DNA of 64,000 bases from Candidatus Aldehydirespirator sp. (GTDB taxonomy: Bacteria > Actinomycetota > Acidimicrobiia > Acidimicrobiales > Aldehydirespiratoraceae): assembly GCA_965205155.1 (NCBI GenBank), contig OZ242033.1, positions 1,460,590-1,524,589 on the forward strand, read 5' to 3'. The position numbers were made by a program, and so were the translations under genes. Below are positions 47,950 through 56,246 of this stretch, piece after piece. A model generated the notes under the pieces. The model was not told the DNA's origin. It saw nothing but the letters and a program-made list of their open reading frames with translations, and did no database searches. Each line of letters starts with the position of its first letter. Within the stretch, counting starts at the first letter, position 1.

Positions 47950-50502
47950 ATGAAGACCGGCGCGCAGGTTGTGGTGATCGGCGGGGGAGTGGTGGGCGCC
48001 AGCGTGCTCTACCACCTGACCGAGGCGGGCTGGACGGATGTGGTGCTGGTGGAGCGGACCGAGCTCACCGCCGGGTCCACATGGCACAGCGCGGGCGGCA
48101 TGCACACCGTCAACGGCGACCCCAACGTCGCCCGCCTCCAGCGCTACACGCTGCAGCTGTACGCCGAGATCGAGCGGGTGTCGGGCCAGGACTGCGGCAT
48201 TCACATGCCCGGCGGCCTGATGCTGGCCGACACGCCCGAACGGCTCGACTGGCTCAGGATGACCCACGCCCGGGGTCGTTACCTGGGCATGGAGACCGAG
48301 ATGGTGTCGGTGGCCGAGGCCGCTGAGATGGTGCCGTTGATCGATCCCAAGCACTTCGTGGGGGCGCTCATCGACGCCCACGAGGGCCATGTCGACCCGG
48401 CCGGGGTGACCCACGCCTACGCCAAGGCGGCACGGATGGCGGGAGCCGAGGTGTACCGCAACTGCTGGGCCCGCGCCATCGAGCGCGGTGCGGGCGGGGG
48501 CTGGCGGGTCCTGGTGTACGACACCGCCACCGGCGAGGACCTGGCCGCCATCGACTGCGAGCACGTGGTGAACTGTGGTGGCCTGTGGGCCCGCGAGGTG
48601 GGCCGCATGGTGGGGCTCGAGCTGCCGGTGCTGGCCATGGAGCACATGTACGTGGTCACCGAGCCGCTGGAGGAGGTGCGCGACTACACCAGGCGCACGG
48701 GCTTGGAGTTGAGGCTCGTGATCGACTTCGGTGGCGAGATCTATATGCGCCAGGAGGGCGATGGCATGCTCCTCGGCACCTATGAGCAGGCCTGCCTGCC
48801 GTGGGCGCCCCGCCAGACGCCATGGGACTTCTCGATGAGGCTGCTGCCGCCCGACCTGGACCGCATCGCGGGCTCGCTGGAGGTGGCCTTCGCCCACTTC
48901 CCGGCGTTCGCCAACGCGGGGATCCAGCGGGTGGTGAACGGGCCGTTCACGTTCGCGCCCGACGGGAACCCGCTGATCGGCCCGGTCAGGGGGCTGCCGG
49001 GATACTGGACGGCGTGCGGGGTGATGGCCGGGCTGTCGCAGGGCGGCGGCGTCGGGCTGTCGGTGGCCAACTGGATCACCGGCGGTGATCCCGGCTTCGA
49101 CGTGTGGGCCATGGACGTGGCCCGTTTCGGCGACTACGCCACGGTCGCCTACACCGATGCCAAGGTGCGGGAGAACTACTCGCGCCGGTTCCGGATCACG
49201 TTCCCGAACGAGTTCCTGCCCGAGGGTCGGGGCGTGCAGACCTCACCCATCTATGACCGGTTGGCGGCGGCCAACGCGGTGTGGGGCGACGCCTTCGGTC
49301 TGGAGTCGGCGCTGTGGTTCCAACAGGACGGGCTGGAACCGGTCGAGGAGGTCACCTTCGGACGCTCCAACGCATGGGACCGCGTACGGGCCGAGACCCT
49401 GGCCGTCCGGGCCGCCGTCGGCATGATGGAGACCACCGGGTTCGCCAAGTTCCTGTTCGAGGGGCCGGGGGGCAGGGCGTGGCTGGACCGGCTGCTGGCC
49501 GGGCGGGTGCCGATCCCGGGCCGCATGGCGCTGACGCCGATGACCAACCCGGCGGGGAACCTCGTCGGCGACCTGACGGTGGCGTGCCTGCCGGCCGCGC
49601 CGGGTCGGGCTGAGGGTCCGGCGGGCACGGTGGTCGGCGGCGCTACCGGCAACGTACGGGATGGCGAGCGGTTTGTGGTGCTCGGCTCCGGCATCGCGGA
49701 GCGCTACTACGAGCGTTGGTTCGACGCACACCTGCCCGACGACGGCTCGGTCGCCTACCAGACGCTCGGAGCCGAGATGTGCGGCCTAGCCATCGCCGGG
49801 CCGGCGGCGCGGGCGCTCCTGGCCGAGGTCACCGACACCGACGTGTCGGCTCACGGGATGCGGTTCATGGCCTTCGGTGAGATGGAGGTGGGCCAGGCCC
49901 CGGTGTGGTGCGGGCGGATCAGCTTCACCGGCGACTTGGGCTACGAGCTGTGGATGCCGGCCCGCTACCAGCGCTACGTGTTCGGCCTGCTGCGGGAGGC
50001 CGGCGAGGCGCACGGCTTGGAGCTGTTCGGGCTGCACGCGTTGAACTCGCTGCGCCTGGAGAAGGGGTTCGGCTCGTGGCTGCGGGAGTACCGGCCCGAC
50101 TACGACCCGTTCGAAGCAGGGCTGGGCCGTTTCGTGCGTATGGAGAAGGACTTCATCGGGCGGGACGCGCTGGTTGCCAAGTACGGCGAGAACGGCCCGC
50201 CCGGCGGCGTCGCCGGGACTGGCCTGCGCCTGTGCACCTGGACCGTGGACGTGGGCACCGGCCCGGACGCCTGCGACGTGATCGGCGACGAGCCGGTGTG
50301 GCACGACGGCGAGGTGGTGGGCTGGGTCACCTCCGGCGGCTACGCCCACCACAGCGAGGCATCGGTGGCCATGGGCTACATCCCCGCCGAGTTGGCCGAA
50401 TCCCCCGGCCGCTTCGAGATAGAGATAGTCGGCACCCGCCGTGCCGCTACACCCGTCACCGGCTGCCTATGGGACCCCGAAGGCACCCGCATGAGAGGCT
50501 GA
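47950..50502 (+). CDS. FAD oxidoreductase + GcvT-domain fusion (dimethylglycine/sarcosine dehydrogenase-like), second paralog
   Basis: ATG 47950 gives MKTGAQVVVIGGGVVGASVLYHL...GSTWHSAGG. The C-terminal half has ISFTGDLGYELWMP and GGYAHHSEASVAMGY. Confidence 0.85.
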   Translation: MKTGAQVVVIGGGVVGASVLYHLTEAGWTDVVLVERTELTAGSTWHSAGGMHTVNGDPNVARLQRYTLQLYAEIERVSGQDCGIHMPGGLMLADTPERLDWLRMTHARGRYLGMETEMVSVAEAAEMVPLIDPKHFVGALIDAHEGHVDPAGVTHAYAKAARMAGAEVYRNCWARAIERGAGGGWRVLVYDTATGEDLAAIDCEHVVNCGGLWAREVGRMVGLELPVLAMEHMYVVTEPLEEVRDYTRRTGLELRLVIDFGGEIYMRQEGDGMLLGTYEQACLPWAPRQTPWDFSMRLLPPDLDRIAGSLEVAFAHFPAFANAGIQRVVNGPFTFAPDGNPLIGPVRGLPGYWTACGVMAGLSQGGGVGLSVANWITGGDPGFDVWAMDVARFGDYATVAYTDAKVRENYSRRFRITFPNEFLPEGRGVQTSPIYDRLAAANAVWGDAFGLESALWFQQDGLEPVEEVTFGRSNAWDRVRAETLAVRAAVGMMETTGFAKFLFEGPGGRAWLDRLLAGRVPIPGRMALTPMTNPAGNLVGDLTVACLPAAPGRAEGPAGTVVGGATGNVRDGERFVVLGSGIAERYYERWFDAHLPDDGSVAYQTLGAEMCGLAIAGPAARALLAEVTDTDVSAHGMRFMAFGEMEVGQAPVWCGRISFTGDLGYELWMPARYQRYVFGLLREAGEAHGLELFGLHALNSLRLEKGFGSWLREYRPDYDPFEAGLGRFVRMEKDFIGRDALVAKYGENGPPGGVAGTGLRLCTWTVDVGTGPDACDVIGDEPVWHDGEVVGWVTSGGYAHHSEASVAMGYIPAELAESPGRFEIEIVGTRRAATPVTGCLWDPEGTRMRG

Positions 50503-50561
50503 ACCAGCCATTTTCATGTAATTGAGTTATTCTCTGAGATTGCACGAGCTACAGTCATGTC

Positions 50562-50810
50562 GTGGACGTCAACTCGGTCTCACAGTTGGTGACGGTGGCT
50601 CTGGCCGTGCTCGCCATCATCTGTCACCAGCAGCGCTCCACCGACAAGTTGCGCGACCGCCTGGACGCATCCGACCGCGAGCACCGGGCAGCCATCGACA
50701 AGCTCCGCGACGGTTTGGGCGAGGTGAAGGAGCGGCTGGTCCGGATTGAGGGCTTCCTGGGAATCGGCACTCCAACACCACCCCATCCCCACCCCCCGGC
50801 GGGGGAGTAG
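50562..50810 (+). CDS. small membrane/coiled-coil protein, paralog 1
   Basis: 82 aa: N-terminal TM helix (VSQLVTVALAVLAIICH), DKLRDRL repeats, and RIEGFLGIG. It is a tandem paralog of the next gene and has an AT-rich upstream region. Confidence 0.5.
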   Translation: MDVNSVSQLVTVALAVLAIICHQQRSTDKLRDRLDASDREHRAAIDKLRDGLGEVKERLVRIEGFLGIGTPTPPHPHPPAGE

Positions 50811-50819
50811 GCGGAGAAG

Positions 50820-51050
50820 ATGGACATCGGCGCGGTCTCGCAGATTGTGACAGTCGTGCTGGCCGCGCTTGCCATCATCTGGCACCAGCAGCGAGTCACT
50901 GACAAGCTGCGCGACCGCCTAGTCAGCGTGGAGCAGCGACTTGCGCGGATCGAAGGCTTCCTGGGCATCGGCATGCCCGCCGCCGCAGCCGCAAAGGCAA
51001 CCGGAGCGGACCTCGCCTATAAGCCGCAAGAGGACCCGGAGGCCGACTGA
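50820..51050 (+). CDS. small membrane/coiled-coil protein, paralog 2
   Basis: 76 aa: MDIGAVSQIVTVVLAALAIIWHQQRVTDKLRDRL...RIEGFLGIG. ATG follows GGAG. It is collinear with paralog 1 apart from a 19-aa indel. Confidence 0.5.
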   Translation: MDIGAVSQIVTVVLAALAIIWHQQRVTDKLRDRLVSVEQRLARIEGFLGIGMPAAAAAKATGADLAYKPQEDPEAD

Positions 51051-51249
51051 GTGTCGTGAGGCCCGCGCCATGGCGACCGCGAGGGTATGTCGTAGCCGCG
51101 GGGTACGGTCTGACACGTGAGCGAAGCGGGCGGCGGGGAGCTGTTCATCGTCGACAACAGCGTTTCGGGCTGGACGGGTCTGGAGTAAGCGCGGCCGTCC
51201 ATTCGTGCAAGATTGGGAGGTCTGCCAACCCTGTTGTTGGGCCCCAGGC

Positions 51250-51534
51250 TCAGTTGTGGCTTGCGACCTCGTCGATCAGGGCTTCGACATCGTCGAGCCA
51301 GCCGCTGAGTTCCGACTCGATTGGTGGAAGGTCGTACGCGTGGTGGGGGCAGGCGTTTGAGAGGCCGTGCCATGCGTACCGGACCCGCCTGACCAACTCT
51401 TTGTTGCTGTACTCGGACAGGCAGATCATCTGTGCACACCGTGGGGCGGCTTCGACACCGGGAGCTGCCCTCATGGGCGTCGGCCCCCAACGGGCTATTG
51501 GCGGTTCCGCCATGTCAACCAGGGTTGAACCCAC
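51250..51534 (-). CDS. small hypothetical protein (start uncertain)
   Basis: The C-terminal 59 codons (MICLSEYSNKELVRRVRYAWHGLSNACPHHAYDLPPIESELSGWLDDVEALIDEVASHN) have about 85% GC3 by hand count. No family recognised. Confidence 0.35.
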   Translation of the reverse strand: MGSTLVDMAEPPIARWGPTPMRAAPGVEAAPRCAQMICLSEYSNKELVRRVRYAWHGLSNACPHHAYDLPPIESELSGWLDDVEALIDEVASHN

Positions 51535-51730
51535 GACGCCGAGGCTGCAACCGCGGTGGCGTGACCTTGGGCACAGCGGCTACGGTCACCGACTGCCATC
51601 AACGCCGGATGCCTCCAAGCATCCCTAGCAACCGAAGCCGCGTCTCGGGATCGTGGCTTCATGGTCCCCTTCGGGTTTCGGTTGCGGCGTTGATGGCAAA
51701 GACACCGATCCCGAACCGGAGGGGACCACC

Positions 51731-52237
51731 ATGCCCCGACCTCTCAAGGTCACTCTCATCGTCCTCGGCTGTCTCGTCGGCCTATTCGTAGTGCTCGGCG
51801 TCGTCGGCGCTCTCGTAGCCCCCGACGAACCCGCTACGCCTGCACGCGTCGAGTCCGCGGCCGTCGCGCCGGCCACCACCGCACAACGAGCCACGACCAC
51901 GACGGCCCGGCCCGCACGACCCGTCACGCTGACCGGCCGCGGCCAGGACATCACCCGAGCCGTCCCCCTCTCCGACGGCCGCTGGCGGGTCACCGTCGAA
52001 GTCTCCGGCAACACCGACGACGCTTTCGGCACGGCGCTCGACAGCAACGTCATAGTCACCGCCTTCGGGGATGACGACTACGCCGAACTCCTAGTCAACG
52101 ACATCGCCGCCTCGGGGACGTGGACGGGATCGCTCGCCGTCGGAAACGACATCTTCGAGGTTCCTCCGGGAAGCGTCTGGTTTGAGGTCGAGGTCGTCCG
52201 GTCGGCGACCTGGACGATCAGAGTCGAGCCGCTCTAG
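51731..52237 (+). CDS. membrane-anchored secreted protein of unknown function
   Basis: ATG after GGAGGGG. An N-terminal TM anchor (VTLIVLGCLVGLFVVLGVVGALV) is followed by an Ala/Thr/Pro linker and then a beta-rich 100-aa domain. Confidence 0.55.
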   Translation: MPRPLKVTLIVLGCLVGLFVVLGVVGALVAPDEPATPARVESAAVAPATTAQRATTTTARPARPVTLTGRGQDITRAVPLSDGRWRVTVEVSGNTDDAFGTALDSNVIVTAFGDDDYAELLVNDIAASGTWTGSLAVGNDIFEVPPGSVWFEVEVVRSATWTIRVEPL

Positions 52238-52360
52238 CTCCAGGGGCGGCTACACGTCAGTAGTCGCCTAACAGGGATATATGCAATTGACGATCTCCTG
52301 CAGTCTGACCCAGGGTGAGACTTGCGGGTGGACGCCCGGCATCTGAAGGGAGGCCAATCG

Positions 52361-52633
52361 ATGGGCACAACCACAGCTGCGAGGGCCTTCGCTCCAGGCG
52401 AGTATCTGCGTGACGAACTTCAGGAGAGAGGTTGGGCCGCCGTTGAATTCGCCAGGGTCGTCGATTGGCCCCTCCAAACCTTGACTGAGATCCTTGTCGG
52501 AGAAAGGGAGATCACCGTCGAGGCGGCTCAAGTTCTTGCCGAGGCACTCGGCACGACGGCCGAGGTATGGCTCAATCTACAGAAGGCCTACCGCCGGGAC
52601 CAGTTGCGCGCCATCAGCGGGTCGGGCACTTGA
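52361..52633 (+). CDS. higA: HigA-like XRE-family HTH protein
   Basis: 90 aa. PGEYLRDELQERGWAAVEFARVVDWPLQTLTEILVGEREITVEAAQVLAEALGTTAEVWLNLQ is the classic HigA/VapI antitoxin pattern. ATG follows GGGAGG. No HigB-like gene is adjacent. Confidence 0.75.
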   Translation: MGTTTAARAFAPGEYLRDELQERGWAAVEFARVVDWPLQTLTEILVGEREITVEAAQVLAEALGTTAEVWLNLQKAYRRDQLRAISGSGT

Positions 52634-53634
52634 GGCGGGCCCACTCGCTGGCGACGATCCTGCTCGTGGGCCGGCTCTGCGCCGAAGGGGTGCGACCGCT
52701 CAGGGCATCGGAGTTCTGGAGCCTGCTCGACTGCATCGGCGCTGGTGGACGGCAGCGGGCGGGCCCAAGACGGCTGCTCGGGCAGAGCGCGGATCAACTC
52801 GTGCGAGATCATGGCCTCCCCGAGGATCTTGGCGAGCGCATTGCAGAACTGATGGACCGTGCCACGGCCGTGGCCTTCGAGCTTGACCGGTTGGAGCAGT
52901 CTGGCATCAAGACCCTAACCGTCTTCGACGAGCACTACCCGCGGCTATGGCGCGACCGTCTCGGTGCCAAGGCCCCGCCACTAGTACATGCCGCTGGCGC
53001 GCTCGAACTGCTCGACACGCCCGGATTGGGGGTGGTCGGCAGCCGAGACGTGTCCCGGGAAGGGGGTGAGGTGGCCAAGGAAGTTGGCCGGTTCGCGGCC
53101 CGGCGGGGACGACCGATTACTTCTGGGGGAGCTCGGGGCGTGGATCAGCTCGCCATGGACGCGGCCCTTGAGGCTGGCGGGTCCGTCGTCGGAGTCTTGG
53201 CTGAGTCACTGGCACGGAAGTTGAAGAGTCCCGATGTGCGCCGCGCTGTGCACGAAGGTGCCACGGTCGTGTGCACCCCCTACAGCCCGGATGCTCCCTT
53301 CAGCGCCGGCAATGCCATGGGTCGCAACAAGCTCATCTACGCACAGGTCGCGCTCACAGTTGTCGTAGCCAGCGACGACGGGACCGGCGGCACCTGGTCT
53401 GGTGCCACCGAGGCTCTCAAACACGGTTACGGCTCGGTCGCGGTATGGCGGGGCGACGGCGAGGGTCCCGGAAACAGATCCCTCCAACACAGGGGTGCCC
53501 AGCCTGTATCCAGCGTCGAAGACATCGAGCCGCTCCTCAATGGCGGTGCACAAGCACCGCCATTGCAATCGCAATCGGCCCCAGTGCGGCCTCCCGAACA
53601 GCAATCCTTGTTCGCGGCAACATCGCCTGATTAG
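52630..53634 (+). CDS. DprA/Smf-like (SLOG-fold) DNA-processing-family protein
   Basis: VVGSRDVSREGGEVAKEVGRFAARRGRPITSGGARGVDQLAMDAALEAGGSVVGVLAESL...FSAGNAMGRNKLIYA...GGTWSGATEALK follows the DprA Rossmann-domain pattern. A candidate TTG start overlaps the higA-like stop (TTGA). The start could also be the upstream ATG at 52567. Confidence 0.65.
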   Translation: MRRAHSLATILLVGRLCAEGVRPLRASEFWSLLDCIGAGGRQRAGPRRLLGQSADQLVRDHGLPEDLGERIAELMDRATAVAFELDRLEQSGIKTLTVFDEHYPRLWRDRLGAKAPPLVHAAGALELLDTPGLGVVGSRDVSREGGEVAKEVGRFAARRGRPITSGGARGVDQLAMDAALEAGGSVVGVLAESLARKLKSPDVRRAVHEGATVVCTPYSPDAPFSAGNAMGRNKLIYAQVALTVVVASDDGTGGTWSGATEALKHGYGSVAVWRGDGEGPGNRSLQHRGAQPVSSVEDIEPLLNGGAQAPPLQSQSAPVRPPEQQSLFAATSPD

Positions 53635-53690
53635 TCCGAGGCCTTCGGTGCGCAGGTTGACCGGCGCCGGGGCTGGACATCCAGGACGCG

Positions 53691-54242
53691 TCAGTGGTCG
53701 AAGTAGTCGGGACCCCTTGCGCGTCGATGAACTGGTCGGAGTGAGCGGCCGGCGTCTTCGATGGCGTTCGCGATGTTGCAGGCTTCGGTCTTCGAGATGT
53801 CGCCGTTGGATACGGCCGTTCGGAGAATCTGGACCGAGTCGATCACCCTGCCGGGGCCGAGCGATTGGCGTCGCCGAGCGAAGTCGTAGGCCTTGTTGTC
53901 GTCGGTGGCGAACTGTCCTCCCAGCTTCTCGGCAAAGTAGATGCCCTCAGCCTCTCCGCCGTCGCCCTCGGGTGGATACTTACCGTCGTTGAGCCCCACC
54001 TGAAGGTGGAGCACATCCTTGAATTCGCTGGCACTTGGGGCGACAGGGGTTCCGAGCCAGGTCTCATCGAGGATGTCGGAGCAGTGGGCCTCACCCCTAT
54101 GCATGGCGGACTCGATCTCAGCGTGAATTTGCTCTGTCCATCGGGGTTCCGGCCGGTGGCCATGGCAGGCGGCAAGTATGTCCAAGCGCTTGACGGCCGC
54201 GAAGTGGCGAAGCGTGACGGCGTCATGGATCACGGGGCCCAT
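53691..54242 (-). CDS. PIN-like nuclease domain protein (toxin candidate)
   Basis: An N-terminal Asp (VIHDAVTL) plus GEAEGIYFAEKLGGQFATDDNKA match the acidic PIN-fold pattern. It lies 22 nt downstream of the XRE-ImmA gene. Confidence 0.5.
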   Translation of the reverse strand: MGPVIHDAVTLRHFAAVKRLDILAACHGHRPEPRWTEQIHAEIESAMHRGEAHCSDILDETWLGTPVAPSASEFKDVLHLQVGLNDGKYPPEGDGGEAEGIYFAEKLGGQFATDDNKAYDFARRRQSLGPGRVIDSVQILRTAVSNGDISKTEACNIANAIEDAGRSLRPVHRRARGPDYFDH

Positions 54243-54264
54243 GAGCCGATGGTACGAGCCGGTT

Positions 54265-55464
54265 TCAGGCTGCTACGGGATCCTCGTCGAAGCTCTGGAT
54301 CGCCACCTCTGGCGGATCTTCGGGAGCCGAGAAGTCGCCATCGATGGCCTCGGCGGCGTCGGGCCCGATGGAGTTGAGCGCCTCGATCATTTTGTCGACG
54401 TCAACGTCAAGAAGCCTCGCAAGAGGTCCCGCGCCGACGATCCCGTCCAGCGCGCCGTGGAGGCATCTCGAGGCCAGCAGGGTAGGTGGTCTCCTCTCGG
54501 GCCTCGCCCCCCGCGCTGCCAGCAGGTTGCGGGCGATCTCCTCGTCGTCCAAGTGCTCGATCAGGCTGGCCCACCTGATCCTCCGCAATCGGTCTCGTCC
54601 TTCGGCGTTGATTATTCCCAGGTTGTGGAGGCGGTAGATGAGGGTCTCGTAGCTCACGCCGAAGCCCACGAGCATCCGCGCCAAACTCTTTCCTCCACGG
54701 CCGTACTCGTTGATGGTGTCCCTGATCTCCGACTCAGGCATCAAGAACGCGGCGGCAAACGCATTCGCCAGCCGCTCCTCATCGGATCGGGCCCGCAGGT
54801 CCCTGTCGATGTTGATCGTTGTCCCATCGCTGTTGAGGACGTGCCCCAACTCGTGAGCCATAGTGAACAGAGCCCTGGATCTGAGTTGGTCGGTGTTGAC
54901 GAGGATGAAGGAGAACTCCGAATCAGCTATTGACAGGCCTAACGGTGCATCTTCGCCCAGGCTCTCCGCCATCACGTCCACACACAGGTTGTCCTCAATC
55001 GCCGCGGCCAGATCCGTGAGACGATCCTCGCCGCTGGCTGCTGGAGTCAGACGCTGTTGCGTCCAATCGGCTAGGGCGTTGGCATGCTCCAACCACCCGG
55101 ACTCCTGTCGGGGTGGCTCACCGGCGCGAGAGGGAGTGGGATGACCGCCCTCGTCAAGCACTTGGTGCAACTCTGCGAGTGCGGTAAGTCGCATCAGCGA
55201 GTCCCGGTTGGCGGTCTCGTCGCCGTTAGTACGGTGCGCGACCGGAAGCCGCCCCAGGAGCGAGTCAGGCTCAAGAATCGCGAGTTGCGACACACCCAAG
55301 AAGTTCGCGATCGCAGCGAGTTCGGCGGCCTTCACGTTTCGCCGGTCGTGTTCGAGGTTGGACACGGCGCTGGCGTCTACCCCCAACGCGTCCGCGAGAT
55401 CCGCGGCCTTGAGTCCCGCGGCCTCCCTCAGCCGCCGGATCTGGCGGCCGATGGACATGTCCAC
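54265..55464 (-). CDS. XRE-family HTH fused to ImmA/IrrE (COG2856-type) zinc metallopeptidase domain
   Basis: N-terminal IGRQIRRLREAAGLKAADLADALGVDASAVSNLEHDRR (HTH_XRE). HExxH motif in FTMAHELGHVL. There is an extra 120-aa C-terminal region. Confidence 0.75.
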   Translation of the reverse strand: MDMSIGRQIRRLREAAGLKAADLADALGVDASAVSNLEHDRRNVKAAELAAIANFLGVSQLAILEPDSLLGRLPVAHRTNGDETANRDSLMRLTALAELHQVLDEGGHPTPSRAGEPPRQESGWLEHANALADWTQQRLTPAASGEDRLTDLAAAIEDNLCVDVMAESLGEDAPLGLSIADSEFSFILVNTDQLRSRALFTMAHELGHVLNSDGTTINIDRDLRARSDEERLANAFAAAFLMPESEIRDTINEYGRGGKSLARMLVGFGVSYETLIYRLHNLGIINAEGRDRLRRIRWASLIEHLDDEEIARNLLAARGARPERRPPTLLASRCLHGALDGIVGAGPLARLLDVDVDKMIEALNSIGPDAAEAIDGDFSAPEDPPEVAIQSFDEDPVAA

Positions 55465-55571
55465 AAGTGGACAGTATCAGCGATTCTTGCGGAAATCGCA
55501 AGTCTTTCTGGGGAGAGAACGGGGTACGCAGTGGGACAAGTCGCGAGTCCCTGTGGATAAGTCTGCGTCGC

Positions 55572-56009
55572 TTACTCCCGGTGTTGGGACTCGATGTTGG
55601 GGTCGAGGGTGTGGTAGTCGGAGGCGTCGTCTACGAAGATGGCCCACTCGGTGTGCAGTCCCGTGGGCGGGTCAAGGGTGCCGGCGCAGATGGCGATGTG
55701 GTCGACCTGGCGGGGCAGACCCTCCGCCACCTGCCAGAACAGTGAACTCCCGCACTCCCGGCAGAAGCCGTAAGCCACGTTGGGATCGTCGGCGGGGTGG
55801 TGCCAAGCCAGGCTTGCGTCGGACAGGAGCCTGAGGTCGGAACGCCTGCATCCCGAACCTGCCATGAAGTGGCCCGTCCAGCGGCGGCAGCGCCAGCAAT
55901 GGCAGTTCCAGACCTGACGGATCGGGCCGTGCACCTCGTAGCTGACAGCGCCGCACAGGCAGTGGCCCGAGGGCGGCGAGTCGGGCTCCGGGCGGGGGTT
56001 CTCATTCAC
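55572..56009 (-). CDS. GFA/CENP-V family (glutathione-dependent formaldehyde-activating-like) zinc protein
   Basis: GHCLCGAVSYEV...CHCWRCRRWTG...GFCRECGSSLFW shows the characteristic Cys clusters. Confidence 0.75.
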   Translation of the reverse strand: MNENPRPEPDSPPSGHCLCGAVSYEVHGPIRQVWNCHCWRCRRWTGHFMAGSGCRRSDLRLLSDASLAWHHPADDPNVAYGFCRECGSSLFWQVAEGLPRQVDHIAICAGTLDPPTGLHTEWAIFVDDASDYHTLDPNIESQHRE

Positions 56010-56023
56010 GCCAGCGCCTCCCC

Positions 56024-56147
56024 TAGAGGCCGAGCGAATGGGCCGCGACCAGGCTACTTGCGCGAGCGAGGCCGTGGCCCGAGCGGCCCGTGAGCGCAGC
56101 GAACAAGAGCGGGAATGACACCGCCGCGACGCTACGGGCTCTCACCC
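56024..56147 (+). repeat. repeat family 2 (125-nt intergenic element), copy A, upstream of betA
   Basis: TAGAGGCCGAGCGAATGG...; the 63-nt core (56066-56128) is identical to 63834-63896. Confidence 0.9.
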
Positions 56148-56246
56148 CTTCGCGCTCGCTCTCAGCCTCCTCCGGCAGCGGTAGGGTCGCGATTGTTGCA
56201 TGGCCCGGGACCCGTACGCTTCCCGGTCCGAGTTCGGAGGGTGACC

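Noticed and set aside
51117-51188. 24-codon ORF VSEAGGGELFIVDNSVSGWTGLE-stop as a functional micro-gene
   Set aside because: It is too short, has no RBS and ends abruptly. It looks like the N-terminal stump of a deleted larger gene. I have a vague recollection of similar ...IVDNS...W... N-termini in large defence-associated enzymes, but I cannot name a family with confidence. It is mentioned only as evidence of island decay.
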